Shown: positions 12,079-24,899, numbered from the stretch's first letter. The stretch is 64,000 nt of DNA from Eledone cirrhosa (GCA_964016885.1 OZ024743.1:217496001-217560000), one strand, 5' to 3'. Made by a program: numbers and translations. The notes: a model not told the origin generated them from the sequence alone.

Positions 12079-12500
12079 TACCTATCTTCCGGCCTCTCTA
12101 GAGAATCGTAAAAGCACATATCGTTATATGCTTTTTCTATGAAAATTAGTAGTGGGCAGACTAATTTGCATAGAGTGTGAGTAAGTACCGGTTCAACGGA
12201 GACGATAAAAACAAATAACGAAACGAAATTAAATTTCGTTTCGTTTGTAACTCACTTTTGTATGACTGACGCTTAAACAATTAAGTTAAAGATGTACATC
12301 CATATATGTATACTGAAATACTAGTATGTATATGAATACACACACGTATACATATGTAGATGTACCAAGTTTTTTCACTGGTCACTTTACTGTGAGTGGC
12401 CAGCTATTCTGTATGTAAACACACAGACAAACCGGTTTTTAGAGTCATACTGGTTTTTGAGGAAACACCTTTCCTCTATTCTCCAGAAAGCCAGACAAGG

Positions 12501-12545
12501 AATATTGAACTAGTTTCGTTGTTGTTACAACTCATCAGCAATATT
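12501..12545 (-). ncRNA. Type I hammerhead ribozyme (array copy 5)
   Basis: Same sequence as copy 1. Confidence 0.9.
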
Positions 12546-12781
12546 TACCTATCTTCCGGCCTCTCTAGAGAATCGTAAAAGCACATATCGTTATATGCTT
12601 TTTCTATGAAAATTAGTAGTGGGCAGACTAATTTTTTCAGTATACATATATGGATGTACATCTTTAACTTAATTGTTTAAGCGTCAGTCATACAAAAGTG
12701 AGTTACAAACGAAACGAAATTTAATTTCGTTTCGTTATTTGTTTTTATCGTCTCCGTTGAACCGGTACTTACTCACACTCT

Positions 12782-12789
12782 ATGCAAAT
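12782..12789 (+). promoter_or_regulatory. Octamer motif ATGCAAAT (one per complete unit; representative copy)
   Basis: Exact octamer about 90 nt upstream of the HHR in ribozyme sense; also present at 37908-37915 and 56600-56607 in the diverged relatives. Function is not shown. Confidence 0.4.
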
Positions 12790-12874
12790 TAGTCTGCCCA
12801 CTACTAATTTTCATAGAAAAAGCATATAACGATATGTGCTTTTACGATTCTCTAGAGAGGCCGGAAGATAGGTA

Positions 12875-12919
12875 AATATTGCTGATGAGTTGTAACAACA
12901 ACGAAACTAGTTCAATATT
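12875..12919 (+). ncRNA. Type I hammerhead ribozyme (array copy 6)
   Basis: aatattg CTGATGA gttgt aaca acaac GAAA ctag TT caatatt read directly on the plus strand; predicted cleavage after 12912 (GUU). Confidence 0.9.
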
Positions 12920-13341
12920 CCTTGTCTGGCTTTCTGGAGAATAGAGGAAAGGTGTTTCCTCAAAAACCAGTATGACTCTAAAAACCGGTTTGTCTGTGTG
13001 TTTACATACAGAATAGCTGGCCACTCACAGTAAAGTGACCAGTGAAAAAACTTGGTACATCTACATATGTATACGTGTGTGTATTCATATACATACTAGT
13101 ATTTCAGTATACATATATGGATGTACATCTTTAACTTAATTGTTTAAGCGTCAGTCATACAAAAGTGAGTTACAAACGAAACGAAATTTAATTTCGTTTC
13201 GTTATTTGTTTTTATCGTCTCCGTTGAACCGGTACTTACTCACACTCTATGCAAATTAGTCTGCCCACTACTAATTTTCATAGAAAAAGCATATAACGAT
13301 ATGTGCTTTTACGATTCTCTAGAGAGGCCGGAAGATAGGTA

Positions 13342-13386
13342 AATATTGCTGATGAGTTGTAACAACAACGAAACTAGTTCAATATT
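13342..13386 (+). ncRNA. Type I hammerhead ribozyme (array copy 7)
   Basis: Same sequence as copy 6, shifted by 467 bp. Confidence 0.9.
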
Positions 13387-13808
13387 CCTTGTCTGGCTTT
13401 CTGGAGAATAGAGGAAAGGTGTTTCCCCAAAAACCAGTATGACTCTAAAAACCGGTTTGTCTGTGTGTTTACATACAGAATAGCTGGCCACTCACAGTAA
13501 AGTGACCAGTGAAAAAACTTGGTACATCTACATATGTATACGTGTGTGTATTCATATACATACTAGTATTTCAGTATACATATATGGATGTACATCTTTA
13601 ACTTAATTGTTTAAGCGTCAGTCATACAAAAGTGAGTTACAAACGAAACGAAATTTAATTTCGTTTCGTTATTTGTTTTTATCGTCTCCGTTGAACCGGT
13701 ACTTACTCACACTCTATGCAAATTAGTCTGCCCACTACTAATTTTCATAGAAAAAGCATATAACGATATGTGCTTTTACGATTCTCTAGAGAGGCCGGAA
13801 GATAGGTA

Positions 13809-13853
13809 AATATTGCTGATGAGTTGTAACAACAACGAAACTAGTTCAATATT
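13809..13853 (+). ncRNA. Type I hammerhead ribozyme (array copy 8)
   Basis: Same sequence as copy 6. Confidence 0.9.
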
Positions 13854-14275
13854 CCTTGTCTGGCTTTCTGGAGAATAGAGGAAAGGTGTTTCCTCAAAAA
13901 CCAGTATGACTCTAAAAACCGGTTTGTCTGTGTGTTTACATACAGAATAGCTGGCCACTCACAGTAAAGTGACCAGTGAAAAAACTTGGTACATCTACAT
14001 ATGTATACGTGTGTGTATTCATATACATACTAGTATTTCAGTATACATATATGGATGTACATCTTTAACTTAATTGTTTAAGCGTCAGTCATACAAAAGT
14101 GAGTTACAAACGAAACGAAATTTAATTTCGTTTCGTTATTTGTTTTTATCGTCTCCGTTGAACCGGTACTTACTCACACTCTATGCAAATTAGTCTGCCC
14201 ACTACTAATTTTCATAGAAAAAGCATATAACGATATGTGCTTTTACGATTCTCTAGAGAGGCCGGAAGATAGGTA

Positions 14276-14320
14276 AATATTGCTGATGAGTTGTAACAAC
14301 AACGAAACTAGTTCAATATT
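14276..14320 (+). ncRNA. Type I hammerhead ribozyme (array copy 9)
   Basis: Same sequence as copy 6. Confidence 0.9.
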
Positions 14321-14742
14321 CCTTGTCTGGCTTTCTGGAGAATAGAGGAAAGGTGTTTCCTCAAAAACCAGTATGACTCTAAAAACCGGTTTGTCTGTGT
14401 GTTTACATACAGAATAGCTGGCCACTCACAGTAAAGTGACCAGTGAAAAAACTTGGTACATCTACATATGTATACGTGTGTGTATTCATATACATACTAG
14501 TATTTCAGTATACATATATGGATGTACATCTTTAACTTAATTGTTTAAGCGTCAGTCATACAAAAGTGAGTTACAAACGAAACGAAATTTAATTTCGTTT
14601 CGTTATTTGTTTTTATCGTCTCCGTTGAACCGGTACTTACTCACACTCTATGCAAATTAGTCTGCCCACTACTAATTTTCATAGAAAAAGCATATAACGA
14701 TATGTGCTTTTACGATTCTCTAGAGAGGCCGGAAGATAGGTA

Positions 14743-14787
14743 AATATTGCTGATGAGTTGTAACAACAACGAAACTAGTTCAATATT
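14743..14787 (+). ncRNA. Type I hammerhead ribozyme (array copy 10)
   Basis: Same sequence as copy 6. Confidence 0.9.
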
Positions 14788-15003
14788 CCTTGTCTGGCTT
14801 TCTGGAGAATAGAGGAAAGGTGTTTCCTCAAAAACCAGTATGACTCTAAAAACCGGTTTGTCTGTGTGTTTACATACAGAATAGCTGGCCACTCACAGTA
14901 AAGTGACCAGTGAAAAAACTTGGTACATCTACATATGTATACGTGTGTGTATTCATATACATACTAGTATTTCAGTATACATATATGGATGTACATCTTT
15001 AAC

Positions 15004-15058
<55 letters not shown>

Positions 15059-15162
15059 CATATACAAGTGGAAGCTTAGTAAAATCGAAGCTTTTGTTGA
15101 AGCCAAGCAAAGTCGACCTACAATAGGAACGAGTTAGCAAACCACTCCTTAGAGTAATAGCA

Positions 15163-15424
15163 TACGTTTAAATAGCTTGACAAATTGAACATACATTGCG
15201 GTAGGCAAAACTCAACCATATAATACCAAAGTAACTAGAGAACTAACAAGTTAAAATACAGACCTGGACAAATCAAACGATATACGTCTGAGGTGTTTCC
15301 ATGAATCCGAACACAAATAATTAATCAATCAACAGAATTTTAAACTGTTAGTTCTTTCGTTACTTTGGTATTGTATGGTTGGGTTTTGCCTACCGCAATG
15401 TTCAATTTGTCAAGCTATTTAAAC

Positions 15425-15427
<3 letters not shown>
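15163..15427. repeat. Imperfect fold-back element ending in (TA)n
   Basis: acgtttaaatagcttgacaaattgaac..cattgcggtaggcaaaac..ataccaaagtaac (15163-15260) is mirrored at 15337-15427. Confidence 0.8.
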
Positions 15428-15804
<377 letters not shown>

Positions 15805-15919
15805 AGTTATTCCAGTACAGATGTGTGACGTTAAATGAATATATATATGTGTCTGTGTGTGAGTGTGTTTGTGTGTGTGTGTAGGTGTTTTGTGTGTATC
15901 ATGTTGCTCTTACAACCTG

Positions 15920-16480
15920 TCGAACGAGTCTTTCTTAGACATTTTAATCACATATCCTTGCCATTGGAGCTGTAATCTCTCAATTCGGAGCGGGAGCGGC
16001 TCTGCCTTGTGCAACTCTCTGAAATCTGAGCTACGCAGAGTAACCTTATTACAGAAACCCTTCGGACTAACTACATTTTGGCCGCTTGTATTCGCGATCT
16101 TATTTTTTCAGAAATTACACTAGATTTATGATAGTGCGGGTTAGCCTGAATGGAAGATGATGAGTTTGGATTTTACACCTATTCTCTTTCTAGAGACGAC
16201 CGAAGAATGAAGCTGGTGAATCATTGTACCAGCTACAGCTATACTGTACTTGTCTCCCCAAATCCAATCAACCTAATTTCAGCCAGCCCTAGGATGATTC
16301 ATGTGAATCTGACAAGTTCATGTGTAACTTATTTTGTCTTTCCCCCATCATATGTTATGGGGATATTCCACGTCTCAAAGACAGTAATATTACTTTTGAA
16401 ACGTCGATGGCTATCGATGTGGGTGTCGATGTCGTAAACTAGCAGTAGAGAGCAGGGCCCTTAGTTTTCCGGGACCTGAT
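15920..16480 (-). mobile_element. Degenerate RTE-clade (Rex3/Expander-like) LINE fragment
   Basis: Similar to 45750-46380 and 63375-63930 (ggccgcttgtattcgcgatc.., ctctgaaatctgagcta.., tctcaattcggag). Confidence 0.6.
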
Positions 16481-16728
16481 TGATCTGGCATCATATATGT
16501 TGACAGTTTTGTTCATCATAGCATTTCTTTGGGCCTTAGAAATGCATGGCGAAGCGAACCTCTTCTCCAAACGTCCAGTTCCTCGATACGTTCAACCGAC
16601 TAGCAGAAGCAGTTACCCCCCAACACATAATGATGTTACTGCCAGACACCAAAGTATTCAAACTACGCAAACATCCGCTGAAATATAGAACATAGCGGCA
16701 AAATAAGGTCAACAACTCCTTCAATGTA

Positions 16729-16906
16729 CGAGGGACGGCTGAAAAATTCATAGGCTTTTACAGATACTGTCTGGGAATGACTAAATGAGGTTTATTTTTG
16801 AACATAGGCTCTGTATAGTAACATGACAGTTGTTTATAGGAAGAGTTGAAATTAATTCATACAAGATTTCACAGCCCTAACATCAATCCTTTTCAACCGA
16901 CATTCG
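16729..16906. mobile_element. Old mariner-type MITE
   Basis: TA-CGAGGGACGGCTGAAAA ... TTTTCAACCGACATTCG-TA imperfect TIRs; a similar right end occurs at about 34530-34653. Confidence 0.55.
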
Positions 16907-17289
16907 TATATAAATGTATAATTTTTTCTACTTTTGACATTAAATGTATAATACTACTTTTACTTGCGAAGAATTCAAACAAATTAAAAAGAACCTCTTA
17001 AAATTATATATACGTGTTAGTAAGCAATTTTCCGAGACATGTTAACGCTACCTGTGTATAAGAACGGCACTGATGAATTTCATTGTATTGAATTGTTAAA
17101 TTCAATTCCAACCAGAAAAGAAATTTCACTTGTGGCGGTGTAACAATTTTTAACATTGTGGTACAACTCGAACCTACATTCATACATAGTTACATATATA
17201 CGTACATACATACATACATAGTTACATACATACGTACATACAGATATACATAGTGACATACATACATAGTTACATATATACGTACATAC

Positions 17290-18655
17290 ATGGTGGCTGC
17301 CAACTCGTTTTCGAGTACGACCACTACTTTATATCCATGTAGGAGAAGCCCTACCGATGAACGAGTGTGACTTTTTAGTCCAGCCAGCGACTTGAAAACT
17401 CTGGTACAAACACTACACTTGTGACAATTATTGACACATAGTGCTGGGCCCATGGTACCAGGTGACGACAAGTGCAGAGAGATCTCCAGATATAAAGCAA
17501 TGCCTGTGTCGTGAAGCTTTTATAGTGAGCAAAGGCACTGCACAAAGCCAGTCCCTCTCCCTTAACCAAGATGATATTTACCAAAAAGAAGAACAAGTCA
17601 ACATCATTGGATACCATCAGGGTTGCAGGTGTTATATCAGAGTTTTCCTTCTCCTAGAATTCTGCCTTGACAAAGGTTAAGGGGTCATCTTTCCCGTTCA
17701 TACATAGTGACATACAAACGTACATACATACATTGTTACATACATACATACATGGTGGCTGCCAACTCGTTTTCGAGTACGGCCACTACTTTATATCCAT
17801 GTAGGAGAAGCCCTACCGATGCGCTGAACGAGTGTGACTTTTTAGTCCAGCCAGTGACTTGAAAACTCTGGTACAAACACTACACTTGTGACAATTATTG
17901 ACACATAGTGCTGGGCCCATGGTACCAGGTGACGACAAGTGCAGAGAGATCTCCAGATATAAAGCAATGCCTGTGTTGTGAAGCTTTTATAGTGAGCAAA
18001 GGCACTGCACAAAGCCAGTCCCTCTCCCTTAACCAAGATGATATTTACCAAAAAGAAGAACAAGTCAACATCATTGGATACCATCAGGGTTGCAGGTGTT
18101 ATATCAGAGTTTTCCTTCTCCTAGAATTCTGCCTTGACAAAGGTTAAGGGGTCATCTTTCCCGTTCATACATAGTGATATACAAACGTACATACATACAT
18201 TGTTACATACATACATACATTGTGGCTGCCAACTCGTTTTCGAGTACGGCCACTACTTTATATCCATGTAGGAGAACCCCTACCGATGCGCTGAACGAGT
18301 GTGACTTTTTAGTCCAGCCAGCGACTTGAAAACCCTGGTACAAACACTACACCTGTGACAATTATTGACACATAGTGCTGGGCCCATGGTACCATGTGAC
18401 GACAAGTGCAGAGAGATCTCTAGATATAAAGCAATGCCTGTGCCATGAAGCTTTTATAGTGAGCAAAGGCACTGCACAAAGCCAGTCCCACTCTCTTAAC
18501 CAAGACAATATTTACCAAAAAGAACAAGTCAACATCATTGGATACCATCAGGGTTGCAGGTGTTATATCAGAGTTTTCCTTCTCCTAGAATTTTGCCTTG
18601 ACAAAGGCTAAGGGGTCATCTCTCCCAGTGATTTTGGATGGCCATTGACTCATTC
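17290..18655 (-). mobile_element. Three tandem copies (about 467 bp) of a non-autonomous RTE-derived bipartite element, separated by (CATA)n-type tails
   Basis: On the minus strand each unit has the RTE 5'UTR-like motif ctaggagaaggaaaactctga, a C-terminal zinc-finger remnant (HKCSVCTRVFKSLAGLKSHTR) and an RTE-like 3' end (ggccgtactcgaaaacgagttggcagcc) before (TGTA)n. ORF starts are 17441, 17908 and 18375. Confidence 0.75.
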
Positions 18656-18681
18656 ATACATACATACATGCATACATACAA

Positions 18682-19113
18682 TTAAAGCACAACCGGCCTG
18701 ATATTGTTGTTTGGGATCACACATTGAAAACGTGTTCTGTTGTGGAGATCAGCTGCCCACTTGATGTAAACGTTGTCGGAAAAATACAGGAGAAGAGGAC
18801 ATCAACGGACCATTGATGAGGAGTTTACAAATCCAGTATCCAAGATACACCTTTAGCTTCATACCCATCATTATTGGAGCTACGGGTTATATACCAACCC
18901 GCTTGGACCAAAGTATGACGGAACTTGGATTTGCGGACAAAGAGCGCAGCTCCCTAATTCATAGTCTACAAATGGCTGCGATAGCTGGCACCTTCAAAAT
19001 TTGCAAAACATTATTGCGATTCAAGAGATGACAGTTTCTTTTCTTTTACAACCTTGCCACCAGGAAGGTGGCCGGTCAAAAAAATATACTCAAAATTAAG
19101 AGAAAGAGATAAG
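18682..19113 (+). mobile_element. 5'-truncated R4/Dong-like non-LTR element (restriction-like endonuclease)
   Basis: KHNRPDIVVWDHTLKTCSVVEISCPLDVNV..MRSLQIQYPRYTFSFIPIIIGATG, a PD-(D/E)xK RLE domain; (CATA)n on both sides. Confidence 0.85.
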
Positions 19114-19144
19114 ATACATACATACATACATACATACATACACG

Positions 19145-19523
19145 ATGGTGATAGTTGTCCCATCGTTATCGAGTATGGCCATTGCACAATATAACATTAT
19201 TTATAATTATTAATTAATTCTATCGTGCAATGCCTGTGTGTGAAGATTTTTTATAAAGTGTGGAAAAACTGTACACTGAGCCAATCCCACTCTCTGAGCG
19301 ACAGTAGCTATAACCCGAAAGGAAGACGTCAATATCATCGGTAACTACTGAGCCGCAGGTTTTATATCGGAGTTATCCAAGTTTCCTGAGTTGCTTTCTC
19401 CTAGAAGAATGCCCTGACAAATGCTAGAGGTCCTTTACTCCCAGTGGTTTAAACACGGGATCGGCAATCCAGCCCGATTATTTCTATGTCCCCGCGCATA
19501 TACACACATATGCACACATACAT

Positions 19524-19566
<43 letters not shown>

Positions 19567-19740
19567 TATAAATATACATATTTACACATTTTTGGATGGC
19601 CGTTGACTCTTATGAGTTCTTCCGCCCTTTGTCAGGTTTTGATTTTTGTCCTGCTGGGTGTCCAAAATCACCCTCCTCACCAAGTAAACTTGGTGGGGTG
19701 TCCGGTTTAGTCACGAACGACCCGACCATGCGACATGTAT
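19145..19740 (-). mobile_element. Diverged pieces of the same RTE-derived element (19145-19450 and 5' part 19588-19740)
   Basis: Shares gcaatgcctgtg..tgaag, gtcaa.atcat.gg and ttctcctagaa..tgcc.tgacaaa, and ttttggatggcc.ttgactc with 18628-18650. Another 5' piece lies at about 23000-23150. Confidence 0.65.
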
Positions 19741-21468
19741 ACTGGGTTACATGTACAGGGTTACAAGAGTGACCCGACATAAATACATATATTCATATAT
19801 ACATACATAGATACATTCACACAAAGCTACATACATAGCTACATACATATATACATACATAGATATGTACATGCAATCAAGCATACAGATATTGTTACAT
19901 ACATTCACACATAGATACATATATATCTACACAATACATACATACTTACACACTAACATACCTACATACATTCATACATACCCACACATATGCATCCACC
20001 AATCCATCCATATATGCATGCATAAAAACACACATAAAATAACATCCTGTACTACTGAGGTAATGGAGTATGCTAGCAACTAAGAATGCATCACGCACCA
20101 CTGGCTTACAAAAGACCTGGAACATAGGCTTATGTAATCCTAGATATTTTATGTTTGTAAGAAAACGACAGAACGTATGATAGGTCTCATTCATCATCCC
20201 CTACGAGTCATTATACAACAAGAGCAGCAGCAACAGCAGCAATAACAATAACATCAACTAGCCATCCACTATGAATAATAGCAAAACCAATAACGACTAC
20301 AACGAACATCATGTAACGCGTACAGCTCTCATATCCATGACTGATCGCGAGCCAACGAGAAAACGTCTATGAGGATACTCAACTTGCTAGAGATAGCAGT
20401 TACGTTACAGTTAGGAAAAAGATGAAGTAAACAAGAAAAACTAGTTGCTGAATGTAGTCTTAGATATACCAGAAGACGGAATAGTCATAGTTAGATAGGT
20501 GTTCATCATAGGTCTGACGTAGGGTTAAACATCAACATGAATAATTCATGCAATGCTTCCATTATGTTTTTAGAACAGATGTGGACACAACATAGCCGGA
20601 TGGCTGTGCAATCATAGTGTCCCAGTTTCAGCTCACTGTTTGTCATTGTGGTTTGTGTCATTTACTATAGCCTCAGATCGAGGCCTGCATTAAAATTGTT
20701 TAGAAATTGTTTAGAAGGAAGCCATTGGATGAAGTGTTCTTATAATTGAAGGAGGAAGATATGTTGTACATCCTATCACACTGATTTTACCCGAGTGTTA
20801 GGTTAAGACTAATCCTATCCAAGGAATGCTCACTTACTTAGACGGTAATTTCATGCGCAGGCTGTTTCACGGACTGAACAACTAGGACACTCATCGTAAA
20901 AAGCGATGGAGGTCCATTCTGTACAATAAAGGTAAGCAGTCAAAATGTATGTAACGATTATGACCTGTCTAAAAGCCGTTGAACTCTAATTATTTATTTG
21001 GACTTGGTTAAGGTTTTTATTGTATTGCTGCAACGTGAAACTTCTGCAAAACTTCCTCCATTATTTACAGCCAATTTTTTGTTCTTCTTTGCTTTGCCAA
21101 TTCTGTTCATAATATATTGTTTCCAAAATGATTACGGCACGATAATCTGAAATAACTAAATTAAACAGAAGGCAATTTCCAGCAGATCCTCATTTCCCCT
21201 TAGATACTTCTGTTTTCCTTCAACGTTACTATTAACCATTCACTCTTTCTTCTCCCTCTCCCTCTGGTTGCATCTGTATATCCTGTCTTTTAAAACTCTT
21301 TCCTGCTTTTTCCTCTTTTCCCTCCCTCTCAAATGTTGAAGCGCTTATCTGTTTGATACATACCAGCTGAGATCACTACATATGATAATTCAATAAGTTG
21401 AAGCTATACGCTGCTACGTTTAAATTTATATATATATATACATATATATTTATATGTGTGTGAAAGTG

Positions 21469-21554
<86 letters not shown>

Positions 21555-21787
21555 CGTGTGTGCATGTGTGTGTGTGTGTGTAACCACATGTCCTATACAC
21601 ACATATCATATCTACCATACATACATACATACATACATACATACATACATACATACATACATACATACATACATACATACATACCAACACTTTTATAACA
21701 TCCAAATAGAACTAGACTTATAGTACATCGAATATTGTTCTGTCGAAATTATATACACAAGATAATGTCTCTCTCTCACCCACTCTT

Positions 21788-21827
<40 letters not shown>

Positions 21828-21858
21828 ACCTATCTCTCACTTTTCACTCACACGCACG

Positions 21859-21934
<76 letters not shown>

Positions 21935-23779
21935 GGTGTAAGCATAACTGTGGAAAACGTGTTTCCTTTACAGTCCCACTGTGTGGTAACGATAAATAGT
22001 TACTTGCCAACCCTTTTCTTTTCACTGTTAAAGCAGAGTGTCTTCTGTAGCCTCGGGTTGATCTCTGCCATGTCAATAGAAGAATTTGGTAGACAGAAAT
22101 AGAAACTACAGAAGCCAATCGTATATGTATGTGTGCCAGTGTCTGTGATTATGTCCCGCAATCTAACGTTTAGATGAAATAAAATAGCTAAAAAGACTTT
22201 AAAGTGTAAGAATTAGGGTCAATAAGATCGATTAAATGAAGGCAGTGCCGACTAAAACCAGTAGAATAAAAGTGTGCATATATATATATATACATACATT
22301 CAAGCCTATATGCATGCATACCTACACTCACACAAACATACATTCATACATACACACACACATAAACATACATGCATGCATTCAATGCATTCATTCGTTC
22401 ATATCTGCATACAGACTGACAGACAAACTATGGAATCAAATATCTAACACACATTTATCATTCCATTCAGCTCCCTCCTTCTTCCAGAGAAAATTACATT
22501 TTCTTTTATGTACGGCTCCTTTATCCAATCGTAGCTCACCACTGGAAAGACTAATGACCTTCAGTTGCAGCAGATAAACTACACAAGACATCTCCTGAAC
22601 ATATCCCTTAGATATTGAGCTTAAGCAGCAAGCCGTCTGTTTTACGTTATGCCGTATTCAACAAATGACAGCAACTCTAACTAGTAATCAATACTGCAAA
22701 ATGAATAAATTGTTTGTATTATGTATATTTGTTTTTGTATGTATGTTTTTATGTATATATGTATGAATGTATTATGTTTTTATGTATGTATCTACATATG
22801 TATTTATGTATGTGTATATGTATGGATCGATGTATAGATGGATGAATGTATGCATTTATGTATGTATCAATACATAAGATAAATAAAATAAAAAAGAATT
22901 ATATAAAAAATTTAATATTTAATTTTTTTTTAAACTTATATACATTTATAAAAAATACTCGCAAACAATCCCACAATATATATCTATATATATATACTAC
23001 TGGGTGGCCGTTGACTTTCATAAGTTGCTCACCCTTTGTCAGGTTTTGTTTTTTATCGCTCAGGGTGTCCACAATCCCATTCTTACGAAGCACACCTGGT
23101 GAGTTTGCTCGTCTAGTCACCGACCACCTGTCTATACGGCAGATTGCACTGTATTATATTTAACAAGTAGCAGTCAGTTCCACTCTGACATTTATTTATT
23201 TATCTTATTTATTTATTTGGAAAAACCTGCGATTGATACAGCTGTTCAAATTCTTTTTTTGTTTTGTTTTGTTTTTGCTACCAGGGCACTCTGGAAAATC
23301 TTGCGGTTGATACAGCTACCAATTATGTTGCATCTGTCTGTCATTGGATTCTGGATGTTGATAGGTAGAGAGCAGCATGTGTGTAGTACAGGCACATGCT
23401 GTTTGATCTACTTGTGCAGATATATCTTCAAAATCCTGCGGTGATGGGGAGCAACTACGTATACATACCTAGTTGGAAATATACAGATGCTAATCTACAC
23501 GCAGGCTGCTTGAAGCGTATTTAACGAGGTTGTCAGTTTTAAGAGTAGGAACTGGCTTGGGTGTAATCTTTTGTGACTGAGCAACCTTTAAAGGGAGGAT
23601 AATGTTCAACCAAGTCTTGGAAAATGACTAGAAAATGTGACCCAAACATTTTCTCTTTTCACCATTTCACCATGAAGTTGGTTAATATTAAAAACTCCAT
23701 CAAAATATGAAGGCACAAGTGAACTTCAATGGGACAATTTCAATGGGAAATGGTGTCTAGTAGGGCGACATACCTACAC

Positions 23780-24725
23780 CCACTCTGTTATCTATACTTC
23801 GCCGTGCTGCTGACCTTGCCTCTCAAGACTTCGATATCGGTGTTTACTTGAAATTTAGAATCGCTGACAAAGTTTTAATCTATGACGTTTTAACACTAAG
23901 CCTAAAACATTTGGCACGCTTGTCGGAGCGTTCATTATTCCTGATGGGGCACATTTTCTGGCACATACTGTCCAGGATATGCAGACACCTTCCCCGATGA
24001 ATTTACTACGTGTGGGCTAAATATGATCATTATCTAGGCAAAGGGCATGTAGCCTCCACCAGTTAAGGAAGTGTATGTGGAGCCAAACATTTTCGTGAAA
24101 GGAAAAAGAATTTAAGTAGTGTAGATGTTTTAAATCTTAGATTTACACTTAGTAGAGATAGATCACTCGATGCTGTAATAAATCCCTTTATTGCGAAAGC
24201 GAATTTTGCCTTCGGGAAGCTTGGGAGGTGACCCTTGTCAGATCATGCTATCACGAGAAACACAATGTCCTCTGTGTATGAGGCCTGTGTTCTTACAGCA
24301 TTGCTATATGGATGCGAAACGTAGACAACTTACAGGCATCACATCTGACAGCCGTTAATGTTTATTCAGCATTGTATCCGGCGCACCCTGAATCTCAAGG
24401 GGTCCACTTACACAACTGAGGCTACTTTATTTGGATAAACGGGTAGCACCAGATTATTATGAATCAGATGCGTTGCGTTGTTCCTGTGGTCTAGATGGAA
24501 GATGGGTGGCTGCCGTAAGAGTTATTATATGTGGAGCAGACCTGAGGAAAGAACTATAGTATAAACCAAAGGAGCGATTTAGTGGTATCATAAAAAACAA
24601 TCTTAAATCTCGTAAGAATGATATGGATAAATATCATTGGCTAAAGAGAGAATGATCAGCAATTGTGGAAGTGGCATCTTTGAAAAAAAGTGAGTGGAGC
24701 ATACTGCTTTCAAGCGTTCACTCCG
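23780..24725 (+). mobile_element. Degenerate RTE/BovB-like LINE RT C-terminal fragment
   Basis: Remnants of GVYLKFR..DK.F, IAKANFAFGKL, VYEACVLTALLYGCET* and ..VRMEDG.LP..LLY; many stops and frameshifts. Confidence 0.7.
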
Positions 24726-24899
24726 TAAACAAGCCTTCTTTTATCTGTCCTATATCATTATGCCTAGTCTGTTACGTTTGCATATTATGTATGTATATGT
24801 CTTCCACGTTGCTGTAACTTTTTATATGTTTATCGTTGGGGCTATCCTTTCTACAGATTGCATTGTAAAATGTTTTAATCACTACGTCATGTCTCCTAG

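Larger units (their letters stand above)
10337..15009. repeat. 467-bp tandem repeat array carrying hammerhead ribozymes (retrozyme/satellite-2-like); about 4.9 units joined to about 5.1 inverted units, flanked by (TA)n
   Basis: Period of 467 (ORF track starts 10528, 10995, 11462, 11929, 12396; minus copies 12842-14892). Inversion junction at 12634/12635 (gactaattt|tttcagtat). Only one substitution was noticed (13427). Confidence 0.97.

Noticed and set aside
10528-14892. Ten repeated 60-aa ORFs (MASYSVCKH...) as a tandem gene family
   Set aside because: GTG start, antisense to the ribozyme, and no equivalent peptide in the 426-bp relatives; a by-product of the repeat.
10337-15009. CRISPR-like or other repeat-spacer array
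   Set aside because: Units are identical along their whole length with no variable spacers, no cas genes are present, and the context is eukaryotic.
17065-17110. Isolated CTGATGA (similar cores at about 44996 and 47285)
   Set aside because: No correctly placed GAAA with paired flanking helices.
19588-19740. HDV-like ribozyme at the 5' end of the RTE-derived element
   Set aside because: There is a hairpin (caccaagt/acttggtg), but I could not build the nested double pseudoknot by eye; it needs an RNArobo or Infernal search.
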